Assembly (NCBI RefSeq): GCF_006345805.1
Contig: NC_043010.1
Location: 29,326,001-29,390,000 of the forward strand
Source of the DNA: Octopus sinensis
Lineage: Eukaryota
Direction of reading: 5' to 3'
Length of the DNA: 64,000 nucleotides
A program made the position numbers and the translations under genes. Positions within the stretch are counted from its first letter, which is position 1; each line of letters opens with the position of its first letter. Positions 1 to 13,802 of the stretch are shown here, one piece after another. Below the pieces are notes generated by a model. That model was given only the letters and a program-made list of their open reading frames with translations. It did no database searches and was not told the origin of the DNA.

Positions 1-16
1 CAGCTATATTGTATTG

Positions 17-250
17 GGTGGCGAGATGGCAGAATCGTTAGCACGCCAGGTTAAATGCTTAGCGGCATTTCGTCTGCCGCTACATTCTGAGTTCAAATTC
101 CGCTGAGGTCAACTTTGCCTTTCATCCTTTCAGGGTCGATTGAATAAGTACCAGTTACACACTGGGGTCGATGTAATCGACTTAGTCCCTTAGTCTCTCA
201 TTGTTTGTACCCTCTATGTTTAGCCCCTTGTGGGCAATAAAGAATTAAAA
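17..250 (+). mobile_element. tRNA-derived octopus-type SINE with target-site duplication
   Basis: A/B-box-like head (ggcagaatcgttagc / gagttcaaattcc) and core ctttgcctttcatcctttc.gggtcga. Direct repeat cagctatattgtattgggtgg at 1-21 and 254-274. Confidence 0.8.
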
Positions 251-264
251 ATGCAGCTATATTG

Positions 265-545
265 TATTGGGTGGTATCAATAAGTTCCTGGATTACTTGT
301 GTTTAATAAAAAATAGATTATTTATCCAAGTTTTAACATCATCTCCTTCAAAATAGTCACTTTGCACAGCAGTACACCGATTGCAGTGTTCCTGCCACTT
401 TTGGAATTTGGCCTGGAAGTCATTTTCCATAAGCGAGTCAAGGACCTTTTGGAATTTGCTCTGGAGATCAACAATGGTGTTAAAATGGCAATGAGCATGC
501 GTTGGACTGTACCCCATCTACTTCTCCCATGTGATGTCCTTCGAT
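265..545 (-). mobile_element. Mariner transposase C-terminal remnant and terminal repeat
   Basis: FQKWQEHCNRCTAVQSDYFEGD resembles the mariner C-terminal W..RW..CI...GDYFEG motif. Confidence 0.65.
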
Positions 546-636
546 ATTGTTTACAACCATTGACAAACTAATAATCCTGATAATGTACATACTCGCATAT
601 CAACATACCTGTATCTCTCTCTATATATATGCATGT

Positions 637-1893
637 CATCATCATCATCATCATCGTTTAACGTCCGCTTTCCGCGCTAGCACGGGTTGGACGGTTCGAC
701 CGGGTCTGGGAAGCCAGGGGCCGCTCCAGGCTCCAGTCTGAATCTGGCAGAGTTTCTACGGCTGGATGCCCTTCCTAACGCCAACCACTCCGTGAGTGGA
801 TTGGGTGCTTTTTACGTGCCACCTGCACAGGGGCCGGAGGGTCCGGCATCGTCACGATCGGTTCGAGCATTTTAACGTGTCAGCGGCACGGGGGCAACGA
901 GGTCCGGGGTACTTTGGGGATCGGGGTACTTTGGGGATCCAGGTACTTTGGGGATCCGGGGTACTTAGAATGGGTAGGGGGTATGTGGAATTGCTGCAGA
1001 AAGCAGCCCGGGTCTTTGTAGTCACAGCATATCTCCAGAGATCTCGGTCCTTCGCCATTGCCTCAGTGAGGCCCAATGCTCTGAGGTCATGCTTGACCAC
1101 CTCATCCCATGTCTTCCTGGGTCTACCTCTCCCCCTGATACCTTCAACTGTTTGGGAGTGGCACTTCTTCACACATCTCTCTTCATCCATCCGCAGCACA
1201 TGACCATACCATCGCAAGCGTCGCTCTTGCACACCACATCTGATGCTTCTTATATCCAGCATTTCTCTCAGGATACTTACACTCTGTTTTGCGTGCACAC
1301 TGACACTACACATCCAGCGGATCATGCTAGCTTCATTTCTTTCAAGTCTACGCATGTCTTCTGCAGTCACAGCCCATGTTTCATTACCGTGAAGCATGGC
1401 AGTTCGCACACATGCATCATACAATCTACCTTTTGCTCTGAGGGAGAGACCTTTTGTTGCCAGTAGGGGTAGGAGCTTTCTGAACTTTGCCCAGGCTATT
1501 CGTATTCTAGTGGTGATACTCTCTGTGCATCCACCTCCGCTACTAACTTGGTCACCCAGATAGCGGAAACTATCAACTACTTCTAGTTTCTCTCCCTGGA
1601 GTGTGATGGAATCTGTTTTCTGAGTGTCTGTTGTGTCTATTGTCCCTGTGCATCTGCCGCACATGAAAGCTATCTTATCTGTTAATTTCCCTTTAATGTT
1701 GCTGCACCTCTTATGTGTCCATAACTTACATTGGGTGCATCTTATGGAGTTTCTACCTGTACCTTTCCTACAGGTTGAGCAGGGCCACCTACCCGAGGGG
1801 ATGTGTGCTGAGTACCTCTTGCTGCTTACTAATACTTTGGTCTTTGCTACATTTATTCTAAGGCCCTTTGATTCCAACCCTTGCTTCCACACC
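637..1893 (-). mobile_element. 5'-truncated RTE-clade LINE (RT C-terminus with PHD-type finger, 3' UTR, (GAT)n tail)
   Basis: ORF 852-1892 contains VVDSFRYLG, RLRWYGHVLR and GRGRPRKTW, typical of the RTE C-terminus. The 3' end has ctggatgcccttcctaacgcc and a (cat)n tail at 637-655. Confidence 0.9.
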
Positions 1894-2491
1894 CGATATT
1901 TTTATATATATGTATATGCATATATATATATATATATCATTATCATCATCATCGTGATATATATATATATATATATAAATTTAATATATGAATTCAAGTA
2001 ATCCAGTAGTACTCATAAAAATAGCTCCTTAATGTATCATTCTACAAAACAATATAGAATATATAGTGTAATACAAGGGAAAATGATAAGGAGTGTATAA
2101 AGTGTATAAAGTCACACATGACAAAAATAGTTTGAAATTTTATTTAACAATAAGAAAATTTGAATGTTACAACAAATTGTTTTGTAACTTAAAAACATGT
2201 AAATGATTTATATTATTATATCTAATAATAAATAAATTACTTACATATTTGCATTCATGCAAAATGCAAAAAATCCTTCTAAATAATGCAGAATTTAAGT
2301 TATGTCTTCATGAAAGAAGGTCTTTGTTAAATTTAACCAGGACTTTCATCCAAGTATTTGTCTGTCACTTATGACTTTATATTATCATCATCATCATCAA
2401 CATTTAATGTCTAACCCATGCTGGCATGGGTTGGATGGTGTGATCAGAGCTGGCAAGCTTGGGGGCTGTGTGCATAACTATTTGTGTGTGT

Positions 2492-2568
<77 letters not shown>

Positions 2569-3269
2569 TCATGTTTTTGGCTGAGTCTTATTCTTGATTC
2601 TTTAATCCATCTCTTGAGTTAGAAAAGTGTGGTTAGATTTTCTAGTATTAGTAGTAGTAGTAGTATTAATAGTCTTGTGAGATAGTCTCAAGTAAACATC
2701 AGTCAGTAACAACACAGGTAGACTTTTCAATACTCACCTGAGTGATATTTAAAGAGTCATTCAGCTGGCCAGAACTGGAAGTTGTGTATTTCTTGGAATT
2801 GTTTAAAAACTGGTATTAGATGTAGGAATGGCTCCTACAATTGTTGTCTCTTTACCCTTCTCATATGACCCATATGAAGTTTAGAAATTTTTCATCGATT
2901 ATTGAATTGAAATTCAATAATCCTCACCTCATATAAACCAAGTGGCAATTGGTTTTGTTTGTTGATGCTGCTGATCTCATTGTTGTTGTTGGGTGTACTC
3001 TGACACTACTGTATGAGTCTTTGAAGAAAATCATCATTGTTGTCGTCATCATCATCATCACAATTATTATCATTGTTACCATTATTTTCATAATCATCAT
3101 GACCATCATTTATCCCTCTTTTTAGACCGATACCAGTTTTGTACTGTGTCAATTTTTTATAATCCCTCACTCCCTACACAACCTATAAATTTGCAGCCTT
3201 GTGCGATATGTGAGAAATCGTAATCATCATTGTTATCATCATCATTATCATCATTATTATTGCGATATT

Positions 3270-3586
3270 TTGTTTGTCTTTATGTTCTGAGTTCAAATTC
3301 TGCCGAGGTCGACTTTGCTTTTCATCTTTTCAGTTGTGTACTGGGGTCGATGTAATCAACTATCCTCCTCCCCCAAATTTCAGGCCCTGTGCCTATAGTA
3401 GAAAGGATTATTATTATTATTATGGTATTTTTTTTGTCTTTACATTCTGAGTTCAAATTCCTCCAAGGTCGGCTTTGCTTTCATTCTTTTGGTGTTGATA
3501 AATTAAGTATCAATGAAACACTAGAATCAATGTAATCAACTTATCCCCTCCCGCAAAATGGCTGCTCTTGTGGCAAAATTTGAAAC

Positions 3587-3620
<34 letters not shown>

Positions 3621-3781
3621 GCAGTATTTTGTCTGTCTTTACATTCTGAGTTCAAATTCCGCTGACTTAGCCTTTCATCCTTTCAGCATCAATAAATTAA
3701 GTACCAGTCAAGTACTGCGGTCAGTGTGATTGACCATCCCTCTCCCCTCACATTCCATGCCTTGTGCCTATAGTAGAAAGG

Positions 3782-3831
<50 letters not shown>

Positions 3832-4439
3832 GGCAGCGAGCTGATAGAATTGTTAGCTTGCCAGACAATATGCTCAGTAGCATTCCTTCTGGTTTTACAT
3901 TCTGAGTTCGATTTTGCCTTTGGTCTTTCTGGAGTTGATGAAATAAGCACTAGTTGAGAACTGACATTGAAGTAATTGATTGCCCCCTCCTTCAAAATTT
4001 AAGGCCCTGTGGCTATCAATAAAAGGATTATTATAGGGCAGCAAGTTGGTAGCATTGGAAAGAATGCTTTTCAGTATTTATTCCAGCTCTTTACATTATG
4101 AGTTCAAATCCTGCTAAGGTCATCTTTGCCTTTCATCCTTTCAGGGTCAATAAAATAAAGTACCAGTCAACTACTGGGGTTGCTGGCCTTGTGCCTAAAG
4201 TAGGAACTATTGTTATTATTATTGTTAAAGGCAGCAAGCTGGCAGAATCAAATGCGTTGGGAAAAATGTTTAGCAGCATTTCTTCTGAATTTATGTTCTG
4301 AGTTCAAATTCCGTTGGAGTTGACTTTGCCTTTCATCCTTTTGGGGTCTATAAATTAAGTACCAATGAAACATTGGGGTTGATGTAATTGACTAGTCCCC
4401 TTCCCCAAAATTTCAGGCCTTGTGCCTATAGCAGAAAGG

Positions 4440-4440
<1 letters not shown>
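3270..4440 (+). repeat. Cluster of about 6 head-to-tail decayed copies of the same SINE separated by (ATT)n tails
   Basis: Recurrent ttctgagttcaaat...ctttgcctttcatc...ggccttgtgcc.a.agtagaaaggattatt units. Confidence 0.8.
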
Positions 4441-4474
<34 letters not shown>

Positions 4475-7400
4475 CATTATTATTGTTGTTTTTGTTGTTA
4501 TTGAAATGGACAAGTACAAATGGTTGAGTACCAGATTAAATGGATTAGATTTATGGTATACTGAATTGACTTTTCATTCTTATGGGGTTGTTGTTGCTAA
4601 AAATATGTACCAGTCATGTACTGGGGTTCATTTATATTAGAAATTACTATTACAGTGGTTGCATGTCTTTTGGCAGTTTTTCTCTTTTTATTGAGTTTCA
4701 GTCTTGGATTAGGTTCAATGCATGCTTGTGCAGTTGGTACTTCAGGGATGTTGCCAGATGCTCACTGCACTCTAGCATCTGGATGGCATCACCAGTGGAA
4801 AGTCAGCCCTAGCATTTAGTAGAATATTAATGTTGGATATGAGCAATGTGGCCTGGGATTGATTCTGACCGTCAGCATTTACAGTTTAAGTTGTCTCTTT
4901 TGGAGGAATTTTAAGTTAAATAATGTGGACAGTTTTCAAAAGTTCTTGATTTGGCAGTACTACAAGGTGGAATTAGAGGAAACTTTGCTGGTTTGGTATA
5001 AACCCTGACAGGCAGAGCCATAGTGGAGCTGCTGGCAACTAAATTAATCTGAGATGTGAGGAGATTGACAGAACCTGGCACTCACTTGTTTAGCATACAC
5101 AAATTGTTAATTTGTGAGCTTATATTGAACAACTGTTATTACATCTGAGACAGATCCAGCTATCAGCGTAAGTTAACATAAAGACTGATGCACCACTTCC
5201 CTTCGAAAAGGATGAGTGGTTTGTCTTTCTCTGTTATGTAAGGTGGATGAGAATGGTGAAATTTACTTGGCTTAATGGGGCTATACTAACTAGGTGGCTG
5301 TATTAATAGCAAGAACTGGGAGTTAAAGTTTACTTATTTTTGTCATACCAGAGTAAATGGGATGCCCTAATATCCCTACAAGATTGTCACCCCCATTTTT
5401 AGAATTTTTTTTTGTTATTTTTTTGTTGTATACTGTTAATCCTATCTAGTGTTATCTATTTAGGTATCTCAGGAGGGTCATCAATTAGTTAACTGATTAA
5501 ATAGTTAACCATTTGATAAGTAAATAATAAAAGATGAAATAGACCAGTGTGTGTTTGTGTGTTTATTATTGGCAAAATGACCCTCCCAAGATACAGGAAA
5601 ATATGTTTCAACACATGAGTTCTCATCAAGAACCTTGCAAACCAAATACAAAAACTAAATATTAATGTATCATTATTGCTTTTTTGATCCCACCCCTTTA
5701 CTCGATGTAACCCCCCCCCACTGTTTCTTGTTTGTTTTTTCCTCTTTTTCTTTTGTATTTCATTTTTGTACTGACCCCAGCATTTTGGGCTGTTGTAGCC
5801 AATAATCATTATCACACCAGACAAAAACTTAGCAGCATTGCTTCCAACTCTTTACATTCTGAGTTCTTTACATTCATCTCTAATGAATGAAAGACTTTGC
5901 CTTTTGTCCTTTAAGGGTTTGAAGGGGTTTGATAAAAATAAGTGGCAGCTGTGCACTGGGAATCAACTTGTCCCTTTTCTCAAAATTGCTGGCCTTGTGC
6001 CAAAATTAGAAAGATTACTATTATCATTATTATTAGTTTTTTTATTATTATTACAATGAATGCCAAATTTCCCTCATATTACACTTCTCTTAAGCATGGA
6101 AAGGGCTACTTTAGATAGTGTAGTCATAGAGATAACTCTAAAATGCCAATGGGATAGTCATGGGTAGAATGCCTTTTGATCATAGGTTTGCTTGATCAAG
6201 GTTGGCCTGGCGCTAAACAACAACTTCTGATATTATTCTTGCTTATTTTGATGAGCATGAATATCATCAAAACTTGTTTTGTCTTCTTGAAAAGGAAAAT
6301 ATCCTCCTCCCTCCCCCAAATTTCAGGCTCCATGTTTGCAAAATAAAAAAATTAAAATTAAAAAAAACCCATTCTTCTTATAGTAATTCCTTCCCTGTAA
6401 ACCAAAATTTCCTGTGTCTACTTCTTTCAGTCTCTGTTGTTGGATCTGCTTCGTTATGTCACAAATGCCATAAGAAAAGACACATACAACATCCACCCCC
6501 TCCCTCTATACATCTGAGGTTTGTTATGTATGTAAAGAGTTCATATAATTGGTTCTGGTTTAGGTGCAAGTTTTTTTTTTTATGTGTATATTTTAATTTT
6601 ATCTTTTCTTTTTTCTGTAGATCATGTTACTGCTGCTGTTGCTGCTGCTGGTTTCATGTAGTGCCAATATAAAAATGTTGTTGTTGTTGTTGTTGCTATT
6701 GTTTTTGTTGTTGTTCAGCCTCAAACTATCTCCGATGTAGTTGCAGACCAGGGAGCAAACAAATATAAATAAATATATGAAATAAACAAACATGACTCTA
6801 CACAGTATATTCAGAACACTTTATTTTTTCCAGCTACAATCATCCCATACTTATACAAGAATATTTTGACTACATTATCTAGTGTGCACTTTCCTTTCTC
6901 AAGATATTAGGGTTTGATTTAAAAAATTAAAAAATAAAAAAAACTTTTAGTGGCTGTTTCCAGCTGGTTGAGCAAGCAGTACGTAAAGGCTCCCTCATAA
7001 AGGTGTTGGTAGTGATAGTAGTAATAATAGTAGTAGTTGTAGCAGTATAAGTGTTGGTGGTGGTAACTGTAGTGGAAGTGGCGGTGGTAGTTGTAGTTGC
7101 AATAGCAGTGGTGACAGCAGTATGGTGGTAGTGGTGATAGGATAGGAGTCTATTGTCATTCATGGCTCTGTTAGCTAAGCTGAACATCCATGAACTTTTT
7201 AGTACCAAAGGTAAATTCCAGATGGATAAGTAAGAACTTAGATGGGTGAATCCTCCTCCTCCCCCGCCCCCTCCTCCTCCCCCGCCCCCTCCTCCTCCTC
7301 CTCCTCATCATCATCATTTTATGCCGACTTCTCATGCTATCAAGTTGAGACAGGTCATCACAGTATGAGATAGTTAATATTTGGAATCACATCTCACTTG

Positions 7401-9729
7401 TAATATTCAATTCTTGACTTGGTTTCTACAGCTGGATACCCTTCTTAATGTTTGCTACTTTACAGAGTGTACAGGGGTTTTTTTTATTGTTGCTCCGGCA
7501 CTAGAAAAGTTGTGATATCCTTGTGACAACATCATAAGGTTCACTCAACTTGATATGCGCTGAAATAATGAATTTAAGCAATTTCATAATCATGTAACTC
7601 ATATTAAATTATTTCTGAGTTCAAATTTTGATGAGGTTTACTTTACCTTTCATGCTTTTGGGATCAATAAAATAAGTACTTTACCATTATTGTTCTTATG
7701 AAATAAAGTACCAGTTGAGCATTGGGGTCAGTGAAATCAAATAGTCCTCTCCTTCAAAATTTTAGGCCTTGTGTCTATAGTAGAAAGAATTAAATTACAG
7801 TTTTAGTATTAAGGGTCAAATCGTTTTTACGTTTTTTAGAAACTTCTTTCCATGGATGGTTTAAAATTTCAATGCAGGTAAGGTGTCATTTGCAGTTAAG
7901 GAGGTTTCCATTCTGTTGTATATCGTTGCTTGGTCTGCTGGAAATAGCAGCTAAATCTCTTTCAAATTACACTCTGTGATCTTTAAACAAATGAGAAGGG
8001 CACATTGAATAACTTAGTCCTAGATAAACTGCTGGAAATATAAATGGAACAGTTGTGGTTGGAGTAATTTTGATATTAAGTCTATTGTTTCAGGGTTGAC
8101 TTGGGGGCTAAAGAGCACATCTGACTTTGTGACTGTGTGTGTTTGTATAGAGAAGAGATCAGATAGGCCACTGAAAAGACCAGTAATGCCAAAAAAGAGT
8201 ATTTGTATATGAGGCACACTGTTCCTCACATGCCTAGCACTCCACCATACTGTGGTAATAGTAGTGATGACTACACCTCCAACCAACCCAATGTGAAACA
8301 AAATAGGTCAAAAGGGTAGCTACTCTATGGTCGCCCCATGTGCTAGAAACAACAACTAAATCTCCCCTAGCACATTAAAAGAAATGGAAAGGACACACTG
8401 GATAATGTATGTCTGAAAAAAAAAAGAACAAAGTAGGATGGTTAAGGATGGAACATCACGGTTCACTTGAGGTCTAAACAACAACAGCATGAAAAATAAA
8501 TATTGCAGTAGCAGCAGTAGTAGTGTTAGTGGTGATATTATTAGTGACTCTGTCATTCCTAAATGCTTGATAATCATGGTAGTAGTGGTGGTAGTGGTGG
8601 TGGTGGTTGTAGTAGGTAGAGGAGGTGACACTCCTAACACCAAGATATTTTATGAAATACTATTTATTTCATTGTTTGTTTGCTTAATCTATCTGTACTG
8701 TTGCCATTTTGTATATTTAATAAAGAAGTATTCCATTAGTAGAATATTAAGTGTTGTGTTGAGTCTCTTTTCTTATCCTTTTTATTATTTTTTTCCCCCG
8801 TTTATTTTGCTTTGAGTTGGAAGGTGGACATCACCTTTACCTTCCAACTCAATGGTAACTGTTTCAGCATCAGATGGTTGTAAGTAAGCATCACTGTCAT
8901 ACAAGTGATTTTGTTTGTTTCCAGTCTTCTGTGGAAAATATATCTGGCCTTGGGAAAATATATGACTATGCTTGAAAGCAGGTGAGGATTGGTGATAGAA
9001 AGAGCATCCAACTGTAGAAAATCTGCTTCAACAGATTCCATCTGAACTATGCAAGCATGGAAAAGTGAACATCAAATGACGATGGTGAAATAGTGATTAG
9101 AGTATCAAATAAATTGCCTTACTGTCTTTGTTTCAACTCTTTTTCTTTTCACTCTGAGTTCAAATCCCACTGAGAACAACTTTGCTTTTTGTCCTTATTG
9201 GGTTAACAAAATATCAATCCAAGGCATAGACTTGACAGAATTATAATAATGTTGTACCATCAGATACCTTGCTGTATTTGTTCCAGCTCCTTGTGTTATA
9301 GATCCAAATCCCACCATGGCTTGCTTGTGTAATTGATTTAATCTGTCGTCCTGTTTAACACCACCATCCAGCATCTTGCGTGCCTTTTGTTAAGTGCACT
9401 CAATGGCAAGCATTCAGGCCAGGTCTCTAGTTTGTGCATCTTTGCATGTGAATTCGTGTGTGTGTGTGTGAATTTGTGTGCGCATGTGTGTGTACGTGTA
9501 CGAGTTCGTGTATGTATTTATGTGTCTTCTTTTAAGTGTGTGTGTTATTGTTTTAGTTTTTGCATTGGCGATTTCATGTGGAATGACCCGTACGATCTAT
9601 CGTTGTTTTGTGCATTGTGTTGGTTCGAGTTTATTGTAGAACCAGTGCTACTTGATGTTTGAAGGCTTCAATGTACGTGTAATGTGTTTTTGGTTTTGTC
9701 AGATCAAATTAAAGGTTTAGGTGCACATT

Positions 9730-11165
9730 TTTAGTCTGTTGTTCAAACCGACTTGACTGCCACCCATTTCTTGGACATCATACTTGACCTCGCAAACGGC
9801 CTCTACGATGTCTAATGTAAGCCGAATAAGACTATAAAATACATTCACAAACATTCCAATGACCCACAGCCTATAACCAGCCACCTTGTCGATGATATAT
9901 CATAGTGCACATCAGAACTATCTATCAATAAGAGAATTTTCTAGGAATTTGCACCAAAATACAATTATGCTTTGCGAAATGTGGCTTTAATGAGACAAAA
10001 AAAAAAAACCAACATTAGATAACATGGTATAATTTCCTTCTAACACTGATATCAAGACTTCCATTGCTAGAATTTTCTACAGTAACAACACTTTCCTTCA
10101 TATCATCGTCATCACAAAGTTTTCAATAAAATCAATGAGTTTTTCATATTTGGCTACACCCAAACTAGCGCAGGTTGTTACCTTTTCCAACATGGTAAAG
10201 CTCAACAGACATGCAACACTCCTGGATAGCCCTATTTGCTACACTAATAGAGCTTGCAAGTGTTCAGAAACCAAAGCTTGTCCTTTTAACTCATTACTTT
10301 CAGAAGAATACTGTCTATAAATGTAATGTCTATAAACTTCACCGGTAGATATTGATTGAACTCACCTAAACAAAAAATTAAAAAAAGAATTGAGGTAAGA
10401 TCTTCCCTGCACCAATATGCATCCTGGAATCCTGACAAAAGAAAAGTCATTTCACCATCCCAGCACATTTCCGTGAGTACCACTACCATACTGCAGTGAT
10501 TGCCGGCCCTGTAACATATGTACAGCTGAAAGTTTCCAGTGAAAGTACTCAACAGAAAAATCCGATCTTGCTACCACGTATAAACATAGACTTTCAAAAT
10601 CTTTTACTACGAACGTGCCCACGACCCAATAGGGTAAGATGTATTAACGTCATCCATACATTCGCACACATAGCATACACAATCCTTACTAAATATGCAC
10701 ATACAGAAAATACAGACACTAAAAATGAGCACTAACCCTTCCATGTCCATCTTCATACAAAAAACAAAACAAACAAAAAAACGCATAACAGACATTAAGC
10801 CCCTAAACAAACTCTAATAATATAATGAACCAGCACGCAAAATTCCCAATGATTGTGTTCCTTCCCGCTAAAGGAATATTACTAACATTCACACGCACCT
10901 ACAAGAATATGTGCAAACCCTCACACCTAAGCACAAAGATGCACGAGCAACAAACACTAAAATTGTGCACAACAGTTACTAAAACGCCTAGCCTTCTGCT
11001 TGCACTTTCAGTTTCATCTGACTATACCAAATGCACACGACGAACACAGATACATTAGTTAAGGCCTACAAACTCCAACAGACAATACAAGAAACAACAC
11101 AACTCACAAAATATAGAGTTTACGTATGATAAAAATTAAAAATGAAACATTAATGTAATAAACAC
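9730..11165 (+). mobile_element. Decayed Penelope-like element (RT thumb to GIY-YIG, degenerate hammerhead at 11118-11163)
   Basis: FLDIILDL..K..K.IKYIHKHSN and NTVYKC segments. 3' GAAAC-ATTAAT-GTA-ATAAAC with a degenerate CGTATGA core. Confidence 0.6.
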
Positions 11166-11369
11166 GTACATGGTTGGTCGGTGACTTGGCGTCGCGAGCG
11201 CAGATTTATAAAGAGGAATGTCCATGTCTGTTGTAGGCTTGTTAGTGCTCGACAAGTCTGATTGGGGACAAACAGGCACGACCGCAGAGACTGCATGTAT
11301 AAGGAGGCTAACCATGATTGGTTTTCCTCTTTCTTTTGTCTGCAAAGATGGTCCTTGCAAGTGTTTTCA

Positions 11370-12285
11370 AAGGAAGCTGTTACTCGGAGGACAGTGACAT
11401 GCTAAGCTTCACGGTCATCGGCAAGAATAGACCACTGGTGCTGATCAGTGTGGCAGGCGTTGAGTGATTTCTTTAGGAAGTCCTTGTACTTCTTTTTTTT
11501 GGAGAGTTCGCTATACAGCGTGATCTTGGGATAATCCTCCACCTTGTTGATGTATCCTGACCAACGTAGCTGTGTATTCAGCAGGGTTGCTTCGATGTTG
11601 GTGACCTTCGCCTGCTCTAGGACCTCGGCATTAGTGGCATCGTCGCTCCAATGGATGTTGAGGATAATGGAATTGCTGAAGGAATCATACGTAAAGCCGA
11701 TAAATGAGCCAACAGCCCTGAGCCGTATAAGAGGGTGGTCAGTGCGACAGATCTGCATACACTGATGTTGGTGCCTTCAGATAGTTATTGTTCTAGACTC
11801 TTTTGTACAGTCTACCGAATGCATTGTTTGCCTTAGCCAGTATGTTGATAACTTCTTTGTCGATTTTGACACCTGATGGGATGGTGCGCCCTAGGTAAGT
11901 GAACTGGTTGACTGTTTTTAAATCAGTCACACCGAAGTGAGGTGGTATTCTTGTTGTGTGACTTCTCGACCAAAGTGCCAGGTAGCTTCTGCACAGAAAG
12001 CGGTAATGCGTTGCAAGGTTGTCTATATATGTGCAACAGGGACAGCGTCATCTGTGAAAAGCAACTCATGAATGGGTTCAGGCTCCTCGGGTTGAAGAAG
12101 CTGCCATTAGTATGATACCGGATGTGGATGCTGTCTTCATCGTTAGGGTCTTCGTTGGCCTGCTGGAGCATCATACTGAAGAAGATGGTGAAAAGGGTCG
12201 ACGCGAGGACACAACCTTACTTCACACCATTGCCAATGGAGAAGAGCTGGGAAAGATCGTTGCTGTATCTGAGAAGTCCACACAC
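11370..12285 (-). mobile_element. Decayed RTE/BovB-like LINE RT fragment
   Basis: PFAIGNGVK.GCVLASTLFTIFFSMMLQQA, SIHIRY and QLRWSG segments with stops and frameshifts. Confidence 0.75.
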
Positions 12286-13299
12286 ATGCACTTGAAAGAA
12301 TGCGCAGACACACGAAAACATGCAATCGCGCGCACACACACACACAATAATAGCAATAATATATGATGCATAAAAATATACAACTACCCATGTATCCTGA
12401 CCTTCCAATCACAGCCGACCTCTTGAATATGAATTGGGTTATTACTAATTAAACTCTTGGAATAGATGAACTCTCCAGAGAATCTCTAGCTGTATATGTG
12501 TGTGTGTGTGTGTCTGTTTGTCTGTTTGCCTGTCTGTCTTTCTCTCACCGCGTGCGTGTATGTGCACGTGTGAATGTATGAGAAAATACATGTATGGATT
12601 AAGTGTGTGCTTATATGGAGGGATGAACGGACGGACGAATGGTTGGATTTAAATCTGCTCATAGATATTAGAGTGACAATTAGAAGTTGTTTTAATTCCA
12701 AACGGCAATTTTCAAGATGGGAAAGCTTTGGTATTTCTCACATTTGCAACAATTGGAAATATCAGCTGACTTGCTTAAGGGACCACGAACTGCACACAGT
12801 TATTTAAACCTTTTAATTCCAAGTGTTAAAATATCAACTCCATTAGTGAAAGTAGCATCTTATGAATCATAGCATGTTCTTGAAGCATCTCTTGTGATTA
12901 TTGTAGTAGTAGTAGTAGTAGTATGGAGGAATGTGCTGTACCAGTGAGTCGCTGTATCCACAATTCTCTATTACTCTTAGCGGATGACACCTTGGCACCA
13001 CTCAGGCAATAACCTTCCAACTCATGAGTCTGTTTTGATTGGTCGTTGCTGGTGAGAGTTTTGTGAGATCGAAGTGCAAATCTTATCTCAACCTCATTTT
13101 GTCGCCCTTTACGACACGCAGAGGAAGTGTTGCGTCTTTTGTTTATTAGCATAATGGTCCTCATACAGCACTGGAGTAACGTTAAATGAGATGTTTTGCT
13201 CAAGAACACCAACACGCCGACCAATCTGGGAATCGAACCCATGATCTGGCGATCATGAGTGCAACACCCTTACCACTTGGCTAAGCGTCTTCACCTGTA

Positions 13300-13590
13300 A
13301 GTGATGGGGTTTCTGTTTTGTTAAGTAACATACTGTGTATTATTACTGAAGGAAATTCTGCGTAATGATACCCTTTTCGTGGAAAGGTATTGTTACTTGG
13401 AGATGATTTATACCAGAGAGCTAATGCTAGTCCATGAGGTACTTCTACCAACATAATAGAATCAAGCATCAAGAATTCTCCATTACGGAAATATGTGGAA
13501 GATTTTCAAATCATAGTAGGGATTAGAACTACTGGGCAGGAAGAATTTAACAATTGGATTTTGAACATTGGTGATGGGAGTTGACCGAAT
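13300..13590 (+). mobile_element. Helitron Pif1-helicase fragment
   Basis: PFRGKVLLLGDD...IIESSIKNSPL...EEFNNWILNIGDG (motif III region) with stops. Confidence 0.65.
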
Positions 13591-13622
13591 AATACTAGGT
13601 TTAATACATACATACATGCATG

Positions 13623-13750
<128 letters not shown>

Positions 13751-13761
13751 GTATATATATA

Positions 13762-13801
<40 letters not shown>

Positions 13802-13802
<1 letters not shown>

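Noticed and set aside
17-100. tRNA genes at SINE heads
   Set aside because: Only A/B-box-like remnants followed by SINE bodies, with no full cloverleaf.
8060-8170. Kinase-like snippet LFSPQVNPETIDLISKLLQ
   Set aside because: Short similarity only, with no donor site and no other kinase exons found.
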